Origin: a virus
Taxonomy: Duplodnaviria > Caudoviricetes
DNA: 25,874 nucleotides
Direction: 5' to 3' (one strand)
IMG/VR virus record: IMGVR_UViG_3300024518_000883
Coordinates: 1-25,874 of that record
Under the pieces are notes generated by a model. That model was given only the letters and a program-made list of their open reading frames with translations. It was not told where the DNA came from and ran no database searches. The position numbers and the translations under genes were made by a program. Shown here piece by piece: positions 8,430 to 16,715 of the stretch. Numbering within the stretch: the stretch's first letter is position 1; each line of letters begins with the position of its first letter.

Positions 8430-11400
8430 CTATGTCTCCTCAACCAAAGAGTTCTGGTTCTGGGAAGAAAGTAAAGCCAAAAGGACAGCCGGCAAGCCAG
8501 CCTTTCCGTACTTCCTGACATAGTCCCGAAGTGCCGGGATACCTCCATCAGCGAGTATCCCGCGAAGTTTAACAAGGTCTTCACGTTGCGCCTTGCCTGA
8601 TGCTTTTGCCACTGCTGCATCAATCTCGTTCATTGCCTTTGCTTTAGCAGAAACCGCATCAGCAGTTCTGCCGGCAATATTCGGCACAGTCTGCTCTGCC
8701 TGATCTGCTGCATCAAGTAAAGCATTCGTTGCTTCGTGTTGGTCAGGCTTGAATGCGTTGGTCCTCGGATGACCCCTGCCCAGTCCGGTGGGTTGGTAGC
8801 CACTGTCTAGCGTTCCTGGTGCTGCCTTCCAATCAGTGCCGGCGGCAGCAACCGCTACCTTTATCTGCTTAGTCGTTCCTGGTATGGGTCCAGCATCACC
8901 GAACCTGACAAACATCGTCACATCACCGTAATTGACAATTTGAGCATCGGCCTTTTCAGCAATGTCCTGCAATTGCTTGAACGTCTTCTCAGTCATCGGA
9001 CCATGCTCGACCATAACTGCGTTCATATCGCCGACCTTCTGCTTACCCATACCTTGCGGAAAGAACTTCGACCATGCCCCTGCTTCCTGCCCGGTAAGGG
9101 TTGCATCAACCTGCGTCACGTAATCAAGAAAGGCACGGTCAGCATCTCGCACCTTTGGTGTTCCCTTAACATCTGAACTGACCAGAATCGGATGAGCATA
9201 GCCTGGGTTTAGTTCGACTTCGCCGGCAGAATTGGTGTAATAACCTGACGTTTCGACAGCATCGGCAGAGTACAATTTAAGGTCATCTGCCATTGATTGC
9301 CTTTTCATAGCCTGGTCACGCACCAGATCCGTGTACGAGGCAATCAAATCAGTTTCACTATCGTCCATCTTCAAATGATTGACAGACTCACCAGTCCTTG
9401 CCTCACTCGTCTGATACGCACTATGCCTAGCAGCAGCATCGTCAATTCCAAACCTTGCATACGCCTCCGCTCGAGCGTCCAGGTCAGCAACGTATTCCGC
9501 GTCTTTAGTATCAACAATCTTTGCATCCTGCCTGGTCTGCCATTTGGCAATAGCCTCTTCAGTCTTGTAAGACTTCGGTGGTTTTGCAGACCTTAATTCT
9601 TTGTTCTTCTTCTCGACCTTTGCCAATTCTTTGTCGATGAATTTCTCTTTGCGCTTCGCACCCCAGGTTGCTGCTTGTCCTGCCCTGGGTGACCATTGAG
9701 TTGATCTTGTAGTGCCACTTGCTGCGTCCCGCGCCTCTGCCCTCTGGGCGAGAAGAATATTCTCACCCGTCAGGTAGTTGTGTTCGGTTGCCGTAAAGCC
9801 TCGGTCAAAATCTTCCCCATAACCCATCACTCGACCATGCCAAATATCGTTTGCTGTCTTGTACAGGTCTGCTTCAGGGATGACTGGGTTCTTCGCATCA
9901 CCGTAAGGTCCGGTCTTCGGCCCCAATTTGATTGACTCAGGATTAACCTCGTCGGGTGCATTTCTATAAGCACGGTCAACATTTCTTGACTGCGCCCCAG
10001 TTCTGGGTTGTACGGTTTCACCGGTTAGCATTCTTGTGTTGTGTTGTGTCAAAAACGCAAGCAGTTCGTTACCAGGATCAGCTTGTGGGCTATATGCTGC
10101 TGCGCCCCTGGCAAATAACTCCTGCATAGCCGGGTCGTTTGGATAAAACCGTACAGCAGTCTTCCTTGCCCTTTCGTACCAATCCATATTAAACGAACCT
10201 TCATCGACCAACTTATCTATCTTCTTTCGCAATGCACCAAGTTCTTGCGGACTAGTTACATCAGGACTACCAGTGTACTTTCCTGTCTTATCACGCCGAA
10301 GATGTTTACCCCTCTCTGCCATCTTTTGTGCGGTATTGTAATCGTATATTTCATCAAACAACGTACCGAGTGCTGGTTGACGTTTCTTCTTGGTTTTTTT
10401 CTTTGTTGTCGTTGCTGCTGACCGTGTAGCAGTAGTCTCCAGAGCATTCAGCCCCTTCGTATCATCGTCCGTTACTTTTATGGATCCGCGTTCCTTATCA
10501 CCGGGTGACTTGAGTGCGTTGGATGATGGCTTTTGAGTTATTTGTTCTGGATAAAATGCAATAATCTCATCCATTGAGTCATCAATGACACCATCGTATC
10601 CTCGCCTGATTAACTCTTCACGCATCTCATCACCGCGCAAACCATACCCAATCTCATCAAGCACTTCTCTGCCGGCTGGGTTCTTCAAGTCTATTTCAGA
10701 CTGAATGACTCTGCCTTGTTTTGCGGTTGGGCTTGTAAGTCCTGCCCACTTTTCTGCAGACTTTTCTGTTTTTGTAAAATAAGCACCTTGAACTCTCTGA
10801 TTAGCATTGCCTTGAGTTTCAAATTTATCGAATGGCTCTGCCCTCGTTCCGTGATATGCAGTCACCTTACCCGCTAGTGCGTTATCCGCTACATCTGTCT
10901 TGAACTCGGGGAGTCCTTCAGGTGCTGGAAGTCGTGGTACGTCTGCTGCTTGTACATCAGGTTTTGGCGTAGACTTGACGTTATCAAAGATCGGACCCAG
11001 TGCATCAATATCAATACCAGTGTCTTTCGCCATCCTGGCCTTGAACACCTGTGCTTCCTTGGCAAACCGAACCAGTGCGCCCTTGGGTACGAATTTGCTC
11101 GGGCTTATTGTTTCTGCACCTACAATACCCAGAGTCCAAATCGCAGCAGCAACCTCCATCGGTATGCCCATCTCTGCTGCCTTGCGTTCGTATGCCTCAC
11201 GGTATGGCAATAACTTCTCAGCAAGCCTCTCCATAGCAGTGCCAGCAGTAGCAAGGTTATTCATCTGCTTGTCGTACAGAGGGTCATCTTCGTTCGGCAT
11301 GAACGCCATCTTCTCGCCACCCGCCTCAATAGACTGGGCAACGTGGTCAAGCCCACGACCAGTACCCTCGATATAAGCACCGGATGAATCTCTCTGTGGT

Positions 11401-11957
11401 GCTGACATGGTAGCGAGTCCCATTAGGGCACCACCCGTCTGACCAACAAGTGCTGTGCCCATCGTCATGGCATTTCCAGCCAATGCACCGTAATCACCAA
11501 CCTTGTCCTGGATGAATGCGTTGGTTACAGTGCTGACACCTTTGACCATGTCCATGAACGAAGCATCGTCCGCATCGAAAAGGTTCTTCTGCTTGCGCTT
11601 TAAGCCCTTAGCCTTTGTTGTGTTATTCAGGTCCAACGTTCCAAGATGTGCTGAAATTTGTTCGCTCAAAGCATCAAGTTGACCGTGTTGTCCTGCCGGC
11701 GCAGTCGGAAAGACCACACCATTTGCCATCTGCTGTTGAGCACGACTCCATGCCTCATCATCTGAAACCTGTCTACCATCGTATATCGTCGGCACCAAGT
11801 ACTCGTACTGACCATCACTGAACGTCCTTGACGATATGCTGGATGTCTGACCATTCAAGCGTCTCAGTGTATTACCAGACCGCACATTAGCCTTGCTGTG
11901 GTTCAGCAGTGATTCAACACCGGGTATGGCAAGAAAATCTTGTTGTGCTTGAGCCAT
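8430..11957 (-). CDS. Large polyvalent protein (1175 aa) with ADP-ribosyltransferase (ART-PolyVal-like) and HhH glycosylase-like domains; probably virion-packaged
   Basis: AYHGT..GAYFT..LKNP..RGYDGVI..EIIAFYPEQI gives an H-Y-E ART pattern. WYERA..AAYSPQ..GPKTGPY..NDIW..QAATW resembles HhH glycosylases. Start overlaps the gp4-like stop (TAATG). Confidence 0.75.
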   Translation of the reverse strand: MAQAQQDFLAIPGVESLLNHSKANVRSGNTLRRLNGQTSSISSRTFSDGQYEYLVPTIYDGRQVSDDEAWSRAQQQMANGVVFPTAPAGQHGQLDALSEQISAHLGTLDLNNTTKAKGLKRKQKNLFDADDASFMDMVKGVSTVTNAFIQDKVGDYGALAGNAMTMGTALVGQTGGALMGLATMSAPQRDSSGAYIEGTGRGLDHVAQSIEAGGEKMAFMPNEDDPLYDKQMNNLATAGTAMERLAEKLLPYREAYERKAAEMGIPMEVAAAIWTLGIVGAETISPSKFVPKGALVRFAKEAQVFKARMAKDTGIDIDALGPIFDNVKSTPKPDVQAADVPRLPAPEGLPEFKTDVADNALAGKVTAYHGTRAEPFDKFETQGNANQRVQGAYFTKTEKSAEKWAGLTSPTAKQGRVIQSEIDLKNPAGREVLDEIGYGLRGDEMREELIRRGYDGVIDDSMDEIIAFYPEQITQKPSSNALKSPGDKERGSIKVTDDDTKGLNALETTATRSAATTTKKKTKKKRQPALGTLFDEIYDYNTAQKMAERGKHLRRDKTGKYTGSPDVTSPQELGALRKKIDKLVDEGSFNMDWYERARKTAVRFYPNDPAMQELFARGAAAYSPQADPGNELLAFLTQHNTRMLTGETVQPRTGAQSRNVDRAYRNAPDEVNPESIKLGPKTGPYGDAKNPVIPEADLYKTANDIWHGRVMGYGEDFDRGFTATEHNYLTGENILLAQRAEARDAASGTTRSTQWSPRAGQAATWGAKRKEKFIDKELAKVEKKNKELRSAKPPKSYKTEEAIAKWQTRQDAKIVDTKDAEYVADLDARAEAYARFGIDDAAARHSAYQTSEARTGESVNHLKMDDSETDLIASYTDLVRDQAMKRQSMADDLKLYSADAVETSGYYTNSAGEVELNPGYAHPILVSSDVKGTPKVRDADRAFLDYVTQVDATLTGQEAGAWSKFFPQGMGKQKVGDMNAVMVEHGPMTEKTFKQLQDIAEKADAQIVNYGDVTMFVRFGDAGPIPGTTKQIKVAVAAAGTDWKAAPGTLDSGYQPTGLGRGHPRTNAFKPDQHEATNALLDAADQAEQTVPNIAGRTADAVSAKAKAMNEIDAAVAKASGKAQREDLVKLRGILADGGIPALRDYVRKYGKAGLPAVLLALLSSQNQNSLVEET

Positions 11958-12373
11958 TAGTTATCAGTCGTGATGTCGTACCGTGTGCCAAAATGGCCCT
12001 GACCAATCGGCAGATGTGACATATCGGTGTTGTCTAGTTTCTCGTACAGCGACTTTCTCAACAGCGCCGTATAACTCCTGTCAATAACCGCAACCAGTTC
12101 CTGGGATAATGTCGCACCGTACTTGGGCGCAATAACAACCGACAGTGATGAAATAACGGCAAGTTCAGCATAATCAGGGATTGGACAGGTGTCTGTAGTC
12201 ACAGACTGGGGGAAAAAACCAATAGAAATGCCATCTTCACGCCACATTTCCATCATCTGGTTGAGTTTTGTCAGTACGTATTTTCCCTGTTCGGATGATG
12301 CCGTTGCAACCTCGGATATGACATTGAGGCTTTTTAACGCATCATCGATGACCTCTACATTTGTGATTGACAT
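11957..12373 (-). CDS. Head-to-tail adaptor, P22 gp4-like
   Basis: 138 aa; VIDDALKSLNV..LTKLNQMMEMW...AVISSLSVVIAPKYG...LPIGQG matches gp4 family features and position. Confidence 0.85.
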   Translation of the reverse strand: MSITNVEVIDDALKSLNVISEVATASSEQGKYVLTKLNQMMEMWREDGISIGFFPQSVTTDTCPIPDYAELAVISSLSVVIAPKYGATLSQELVAVIDRSYTALLRKSLYEKLDNTDMSHLPIGQGHFGTRYDITTDN

Positions 12374-13234
12374 CTAGTATGTGCAGACTTCACAGGCAGG
12401 ATAAGCCTGCCGGCTTAACATCTGCTCCCTCCTTCGTCGCCAGTTGGGCGAATTATATACCTCTAAAAGAGTCTGCCTGGTGATATCTCCCAATGGGAAC
12501 TGCCCCTCACCATCCATACAGCACAACGACACTACACCAGAGGACATCACCGATAATTCAAACCACCTATCGCACGGCGTCACCGGCACAGTATCGACCT
12601 GGGAGTTAGTGTACCCCAACCACTCAGACTTTTGTATTGCAACCGAGGTAAATTCAGGCCAGCGGTCAAAGCAGTAATTCCTGAAGACCTCATTGGGAAA
12701 GCCGACAGTACTTAACACCACCTCGTGTGGAAAGCCCTGCCCGTGCAGGTTATCAAGCCTTTTTACTGTCTTCTCGAACGGTAAACCCATAACCCGCTCA
12801 TACTCAGCAGGGTCCGTATAGTTCAACGATATCCACAGGTGCTGTAATCGGCCCAAAGACCCAATCCAGTCAATATGACGCTGCGTTAAGGCTGCCCCAT
12901 TGGTGAATATCCGTATGCCGGCTATTGTTTCGGCATCAACACGCCTGCAAATACTCTCAAGCCTTGTGTCGAGTAAAGGTTCGTTTACCTTGAATGGCGA
13001 GAAGTAGAACGGCACCTGGAACCCGGACATCTCACCAATAACCCGGTCAATCAACTCATCAGGCATTCTATCGCCCTTGCGCTCCAGCACCGGATAAGGG
13101 CAAAAAGTACACGCTGCGTTGCAGTACGAGAACGTTTCCAGACTTATCTCGTTGGGCTGGTCCATGTAGTTGGTACGCATTTCATCGAAATAATCCGTCG
13201 ATGTCTTCTCCAACTCATCGAAAAAGTCGGTCAC
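12374..13234 (-). CDS. Radical SAM enzyme with C-terminal Twitch/SPASM auxiliary Fe-S domain
   Basis: CNAACTFC (CxxxCxxC), NEPLLD, IFTNG, ISL, and C-terminal PC..G.VSLCC.D..LGDI..L.EVYNS..CEVC. Confidence 0.92.
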   Translation of the reverse strand: MTDFFDELEKTSTDYFDEMRTNYMDQPNEISLETFSYCNAACTFCPYPVLERKGDRMPDELIDRVIGEMSGFQVPFYFSPFKVNEPLLDTRLESICRRVDAETIAGIRIFTNGAALTQRHIDWIGSLGRLQHLWISLNYTDPAEYERVMGLPFEKTVKRLDNLHGQGFPHEVVLSTVGFPNEVFRNYCFDRWPEFTSVAIQKSEWLGYTNSQVDTVPVTPCDRWFELSVMSSGVVSLCCMDGEGQFPLGDITRQTLLEVYNSPNWRRRREQMLSRQAYPACEVCTY

Positions 13235-13740
13235 TTCACTGCTTGCAACACAAACCCAAACGTTTCCTCTGATTCCTCTTTGCCAACCAGGTCAAAGTCA
13301 CCCTCCCAGTAAGCACGATAATCTGTCATCGCATTCTTGCCCACCTGGGCGACGTATTCTTTCTGCGACAGGAACACCAGAGAACCTGAACTGATAATCC
13401 TTGTGTGACCCGGATCCCCCCAGGCCCACATCGAATCCCACATCGGACATGTACCAATCAAATAACCTCCGGGCTTTAATATGCGCCAGAACTCATAGAA
13501 CTGGTTGAAGAAGAACTTCCAGTCACCCTGTGCGCCGGTATGCTCCAAAACCTCGTAGGCGTGTATTTCATCAAACATATCATCATCGAACGGTAGCGGC
13601 AGGTCAGTTAAGTCATGACAACAGGTTGGCTTGCATGCCTCATCGATATCCAGTGTCACAAGTTCAGTCCACTGCTTTGGTATATCAGGGATAGTGACCT
13701 GCTTCTTGCGTTGGTTTCCGCAACCAATCAATAATTCCAT
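13231..13740 (-). CDS. Class I SAM-dependent methyltransferase (Methyltransf_11-like)
   Basis: LLIGCG motif I, TLDID, LPFDDDMFDEIHAYEVLEH, EFWRILKPGG, DPGHTR. Confidence 0.92.
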   Translation of the reverse strand: MELLIGCGNQRKKQVTIPDIPKQWTELVTLDIDEACKPTCCHDLTDLPLPFDDDMFDEIHAYEVLEHTGAQGDWKFFFNQFYEFWRILKPGGYLIGTCPMWDSMWAWGDPGHTRIISSGSLVFLSQKEYVAQVGKNAMTDYRAYWEGDFDLVGKEESEETFGFVLQAVK

Positions 13741-14525
13741 TACGCCACTCCCCTGCGCTTTTGACCTAGCTTCGGCTCAATGTTCTCACGGTTCCACTTG
13801 AATTTCTCAACCTCACGACGTAGCCACTTGGCGTAATTACACGGTAACTTGCCATGCTCAAAGTCAAAGTCAGTCCACACGCTTATCTTCTTCTTGTAGC
13901 GGTTTACGTAGTCTGTACACCATGCAAAGTCCTCACCAACAAAACGTCCCTCATCATCGATGTAGGTATAGAACAATCGCGGAATAGGTGCCTGGTTCTG
14001 CACGATTATCTTGTCGGCATCTGCTGCCATTTCCTCAAGAATCTCACGCCGTATGCACAAGAATCCTGTTGCCACCCTGTCGGCCTGTAACCAGTCATCA
14101 TCATCAAGCCATAAAGTGTCCTCACCGTTCTCACCCTTCATATCAGGATGTGGCGCCCACACAATCGGATAGTCCTCAACGTCTGCATTCCTGCGCCGGT
14201 ATGCACCAGCAACAACGGGACGTTCCGGGGTGCAGTTTCGTACCAGTTCAGGTAGTGCCCGTGTTTCAAACTTCAGGTCACTGTCAACAAAGAACAGGTG
14301 CGTACAGTCTTTGTGTTCCTCAAGAAATATCCTCACGAACATGTTGCGCGCCAGGTCAATAAAGCAACTATTGCCCATCGTTGCTGCAGTCATTCTCACA
14401 CCAAGTACAGCACAACCAAACGCAGCATTAGCCAGCGATGAGGCAAAATCACAATCGACCTTGCCATCATATGCCGGTGTAGCTACGTAAACGTGGGAGA
14501 TTTCTTTCTTCTCGTTCTTCTTCAT
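13740..14525 (-). CDS. GT-A fold glycosyltransferase (GT2-like)
   Basis: VATPAY, ARN, HLFFVDSD (DxD), ATGFLCIRR, GEDFAWC and a C-terminal His. Start moved to the ATG at 14525 (MKKNEKK) because the longer ORF runs through the terminator hairpin. Confidence 0.88.
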   Translation of the reverse strand: MKKNEKKEISHVYVATPAYDGKVDCDFASSLANAAFGCAVLGVRMTAATMGNSCFIDLARNMFVRIFLEEHKDCTHLFFVDSDLKFETRALPELVRNCTPERPVVAGAYRRRNADVEDYPIVWAPHPDMKGENGEDTLWLDDDDWLQADRVATGFLCIRREILEEMAADADKIIVQNQAPIPRLFYTYIDDEGRFVGEDFAWCTDYVNRYKKKISVWTDFDFEHGKLPCNYAKWLRREVEKFKWNRENIEPKLGQKRRGVA

Positions 14526-14535
14526 ACCGCATTCC

Positions 14536-14562
14536 AAAAGGATGGCCCCCGAAGGGGCCACC
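14536..14562 (-). terminator. Intrinsic terminator/attenuator after the coat gene
   Basis: The minus strand reads GG-TGGCCCC-TTCG-GGGGCCA-TCC-TTTT: a 7-bp GC stem, cUUCGg tetraloop and short U tract, about 10 nt after the coat stop. Confidence 0.8.
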
Positions 14563-14572
14563 AGAATCAACC

Positions 14573-15841
14573 TCAGAGTAGGTCGAGTTCATACATGTGT
14601 CGATTGGCAAGTTCCGGGTACAAACCCGCAAATCCCCACAACACATCAATACGACACGGGACAGAATCGTCCGCAATCGTGTACTGCCTTGCAACACGCA
14701 TGCTGATGCCGTCTTTCTGGGCGCGAGCACCCCAGGCACCATAACGTGATACATCCTCAAGATCAGCCGTCGCAAATACGAAGGCATCCTTATGGAATTG
14801 CAAGTCCTGACCGAAGCCACTGGACACCGCACCAATCAGGGTACAGGTCAGTCCATCCGTATCAGAAACACCACTCAGGGCACAGTTCTGGTAAGCGTTT
14901 CCGGATCCATAAATGAATCCAGGCTTGACCGTTACTGTGTATGCCGTTGCAGCAGTCGTAAGTGTGACCGCAGTCTGAACAACAAACGACTTGAGTTTGC
15001 CACGGGATGTCTTGGTTTCGGGATGGACATCGTAAACGCCGGACATCGTTATAATGTCCCCGGCAGTCAGATTTGTGGTCGATGTAGCACCATCAATTGA
15101 CAAGTCGGTCTGGGATACCCAGGTGTTTGCAGTAGTCGTAGCCGTTCCCAATGCTGTGCCGTTGGTAACGGCAGAACCAGCAAATGAACCCGTGGTGTGA
15201 CTTGGAACAAGTGTATTTTCATACACATCGAAACCACCCGTGCGACCCATCATACCTTCACGGTATTGCTTGCGAATGTTCTCCTGGGATTGAAAAAGAC
15301 CCTTGACGGCATCATTAAATTCAACCTGTGAGTCAGGAGACAGACAAGCACAACGCTGTGACAGCGGCGCCAGTTGGTTGGTGATGTTAGCACCACCCTG
15401 CTGGAATGCCTTGTAAGTCATCAACGCATCTGTGGTGGCATTGGTGTAATTGTTCACGAGCTTGTAGGCGACAGCAAATGCATCACCTTCAATCTTCGCG
15501 GCCAACTGTGCCATTGCCGGGTCAATCACACGATCAGAAAAGTCATCCAGGTCCATCGTCAGTTCAACCGTAGTAAACGAAACGTCTACGTGGTACTGGC
15601 TGCTGACCGTCAACGGGGTTGACCTTTCAGTGTGGTCTTGGTGCGAAATGCTGGCACCGGTCTTAACTACATACTTCGGAGGCATGCGGATATTAAGACT
15701 GGTTCCGATCTTCGCGCCTGTCTCAGCAAACCGATCATCGTACTGGCGATTGACGTTACCAACAAAATTCAACTTCTGGTGCAGAACGTCCAACGCTTTT
15801 CGCGTGATCATGGTTGGCGTGAGAATTGTAGTACTAGCCAT
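14573..15841 (-). CDS. Major capsid protein, P22 coat (gp5) family
   Basis: ILTPTMITRKAL..VNRQYD..GAKIGTSLNIRMP..IDPAMAQLA..FHKDAF..RIDVLWG..YPELA; follows the scaffold gene. Confidence 0.93.
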   Translation of the reverse strand: MASTTILTPTMITRKALDVLHQKLNFVGNVNRQYDDRFAETGAKIGTSLNIRMPPKYVVKTGASISHQDHTERSTPLTVSSQYHVDVSFTTVELTMDLDDFSDRVIDPAMAQLAAKIEGDAFAVAYKLVNNYTNATTDALMTYKAFQQGGANITNQLAPLSQRCACLSPDSQVEFNDAVKGLFQSQENIRKQYREGMMGRTGGFDVYENTLVPSHTTGSFAGSAVTNGTALGTATTTANTWVSQTDLSIDGATSTTNLTAGDIITMSGVYDVHPETKTSRGKLKSFVVQTAVTLTTAATAYTVTVKPGFIYGSGNAYQNCALSGVSDTDGLTCTLIGAVSSGFGQDLQFHKDAFVFATADLEDVSRYGAWGARAQKDGISMRVARQYTIADDSVPCRIDVLWGFAGLYPELANRHMYELDLL

Positions 15842-15845
15842 GTGG

Positions 15846-16715
15846 CTAACCTCTCAGTTTTGCTAACCTTTTGTCTTCCGCTGCGAACCACTCCGCATCC
15901 GACATCTTGTCCGAACGCGGGTCGGTAGTCGCCGTCTTTATTCCGGGTTCCCTTCCCTGAATCTTTGCCGGCGGCGGCGGCGCATCACTGACCTTCTTGC
16001 TTGCCTTTGCCATCTCCGAACGCATAGTTGTCTCAAGCAACTGCATTTCCCGTACAGCTTCACGGTCTGACAGTTTGGATATACGACTTGCCTCGTCCGG
16101 GTTGTTAGCCAGGTGATAAGCCATTTGTGGGCCTATATCAAGGTTACGTATTTCCTCTGCCATCTGGTCGCTGATTTTAAGACTCTTGTCTCGTGTTACC
16201 TCAAGATAGTCATCAACAGTTTTGGCAAAATCATTCTCTCTTTGTGCAAACTTCTCTGTGACCTCATCAACCCAGCTTGCCGTTTGCTGTTCCTGTAGCA
16301 CTCGCTTTGTTGTTTTCTCAGCAATTGAGCGAGCCTCATCAAACACATATGCCCTGTAGTTGTCTTCATTGAAGTCAAAGTCTGCAAGGGTTTTGGTTTG
16401 TTCCTGCGGCTCGGCCTGCTGCTCCAGTTCAGCTATTCGCTTATCCTTCGCTAAACCTGCCTGCCGTAGAGCATCACCCTCTCTCTCAGATTCCCTGAAA
16501 CTTCCAGTCAGTTTGTCTATACGCTTTTGAAACGTATCACTTTTTTCCTCGACGTTTTGCTCGTCGGGTGATGGTGAGTCACCTTCGCTTTCCGGTTCCG
16601 GTTCTGCCTCTGCTGCTTCGGCATCCACCTCTACAGGTTCTTCAGCCGTTTCCGAACTCGCGTCTGCACCAAAATTAGGATCCGTTGCTACAAACCCTTC
16701 ATCTACTTCTGCCAT
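15846..16715 (-). CDS. Scaffolding protein
   Basis: Acidic disordered N-terminus, FQKRIDKLT coiled coil, GPQMAYHLANNP, SDAPPP, C-terminal MSDAEW helix; lies between portal and coat. Confidence 0.85.
   Translation of the reverse strand: MAEVDEGFVATDPNFGADASSETAEEPVEVDAEAAEAEPEPESEGDSPSPDEQNVEEKSDTFQKRIDKLTGSFRESEREGDALRQAGLAKDKRIAELEQQAEPQEQTKTLADFDFNEDNYRAYVFDEARSIAEKTTKRVLQEQQTASWVDEVTEKFAQRENDFAKTVDDYLEVTRDKSLKISDQMAEEIRNLDIGPQMAYHLANNPDEASRISKLSDREAVREMQLLETTMRSEMAKASKKVSDAPPPPAKIQGREPGIKTATTDPRSDKMSDAEWFAAEDKRLAKLRG

Noticed and set aside
8312-8623. 103-aa minus-strand ORF overlapping the end of the polyvalent gene (possible frameshift extension)
   Set aside because: Mostly an alternative-frame overlap with unnatural composition; no convincing slippery site seen nearby.
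10380-10415. A-rich run encoding KKKTKKKR as a phase-variation tract or nuclear localisation signal
   Set aside because: The homopolymer is only 7 nt, the frame is intact, and the context is a prokaryotic virus; best read as a basic linker.
12374-14525. Cassette as a RiPP cluster or 7-deazaguanine DNA modification locus
   Set aside because: No adjacent precursor peptide or RRE domain, and no QueC/QueD/FolE/DpdA genes in the window. The radical SAM has a Twitch-like tail unlike QueE.
14526-14570. Longer N-terminus of the glycosyltransferase (MILVAPSGAILLECG)
   Set aside because: It uses a TTG start and runs through the terminator hairpin; the ATG at 14525 is more plausible.
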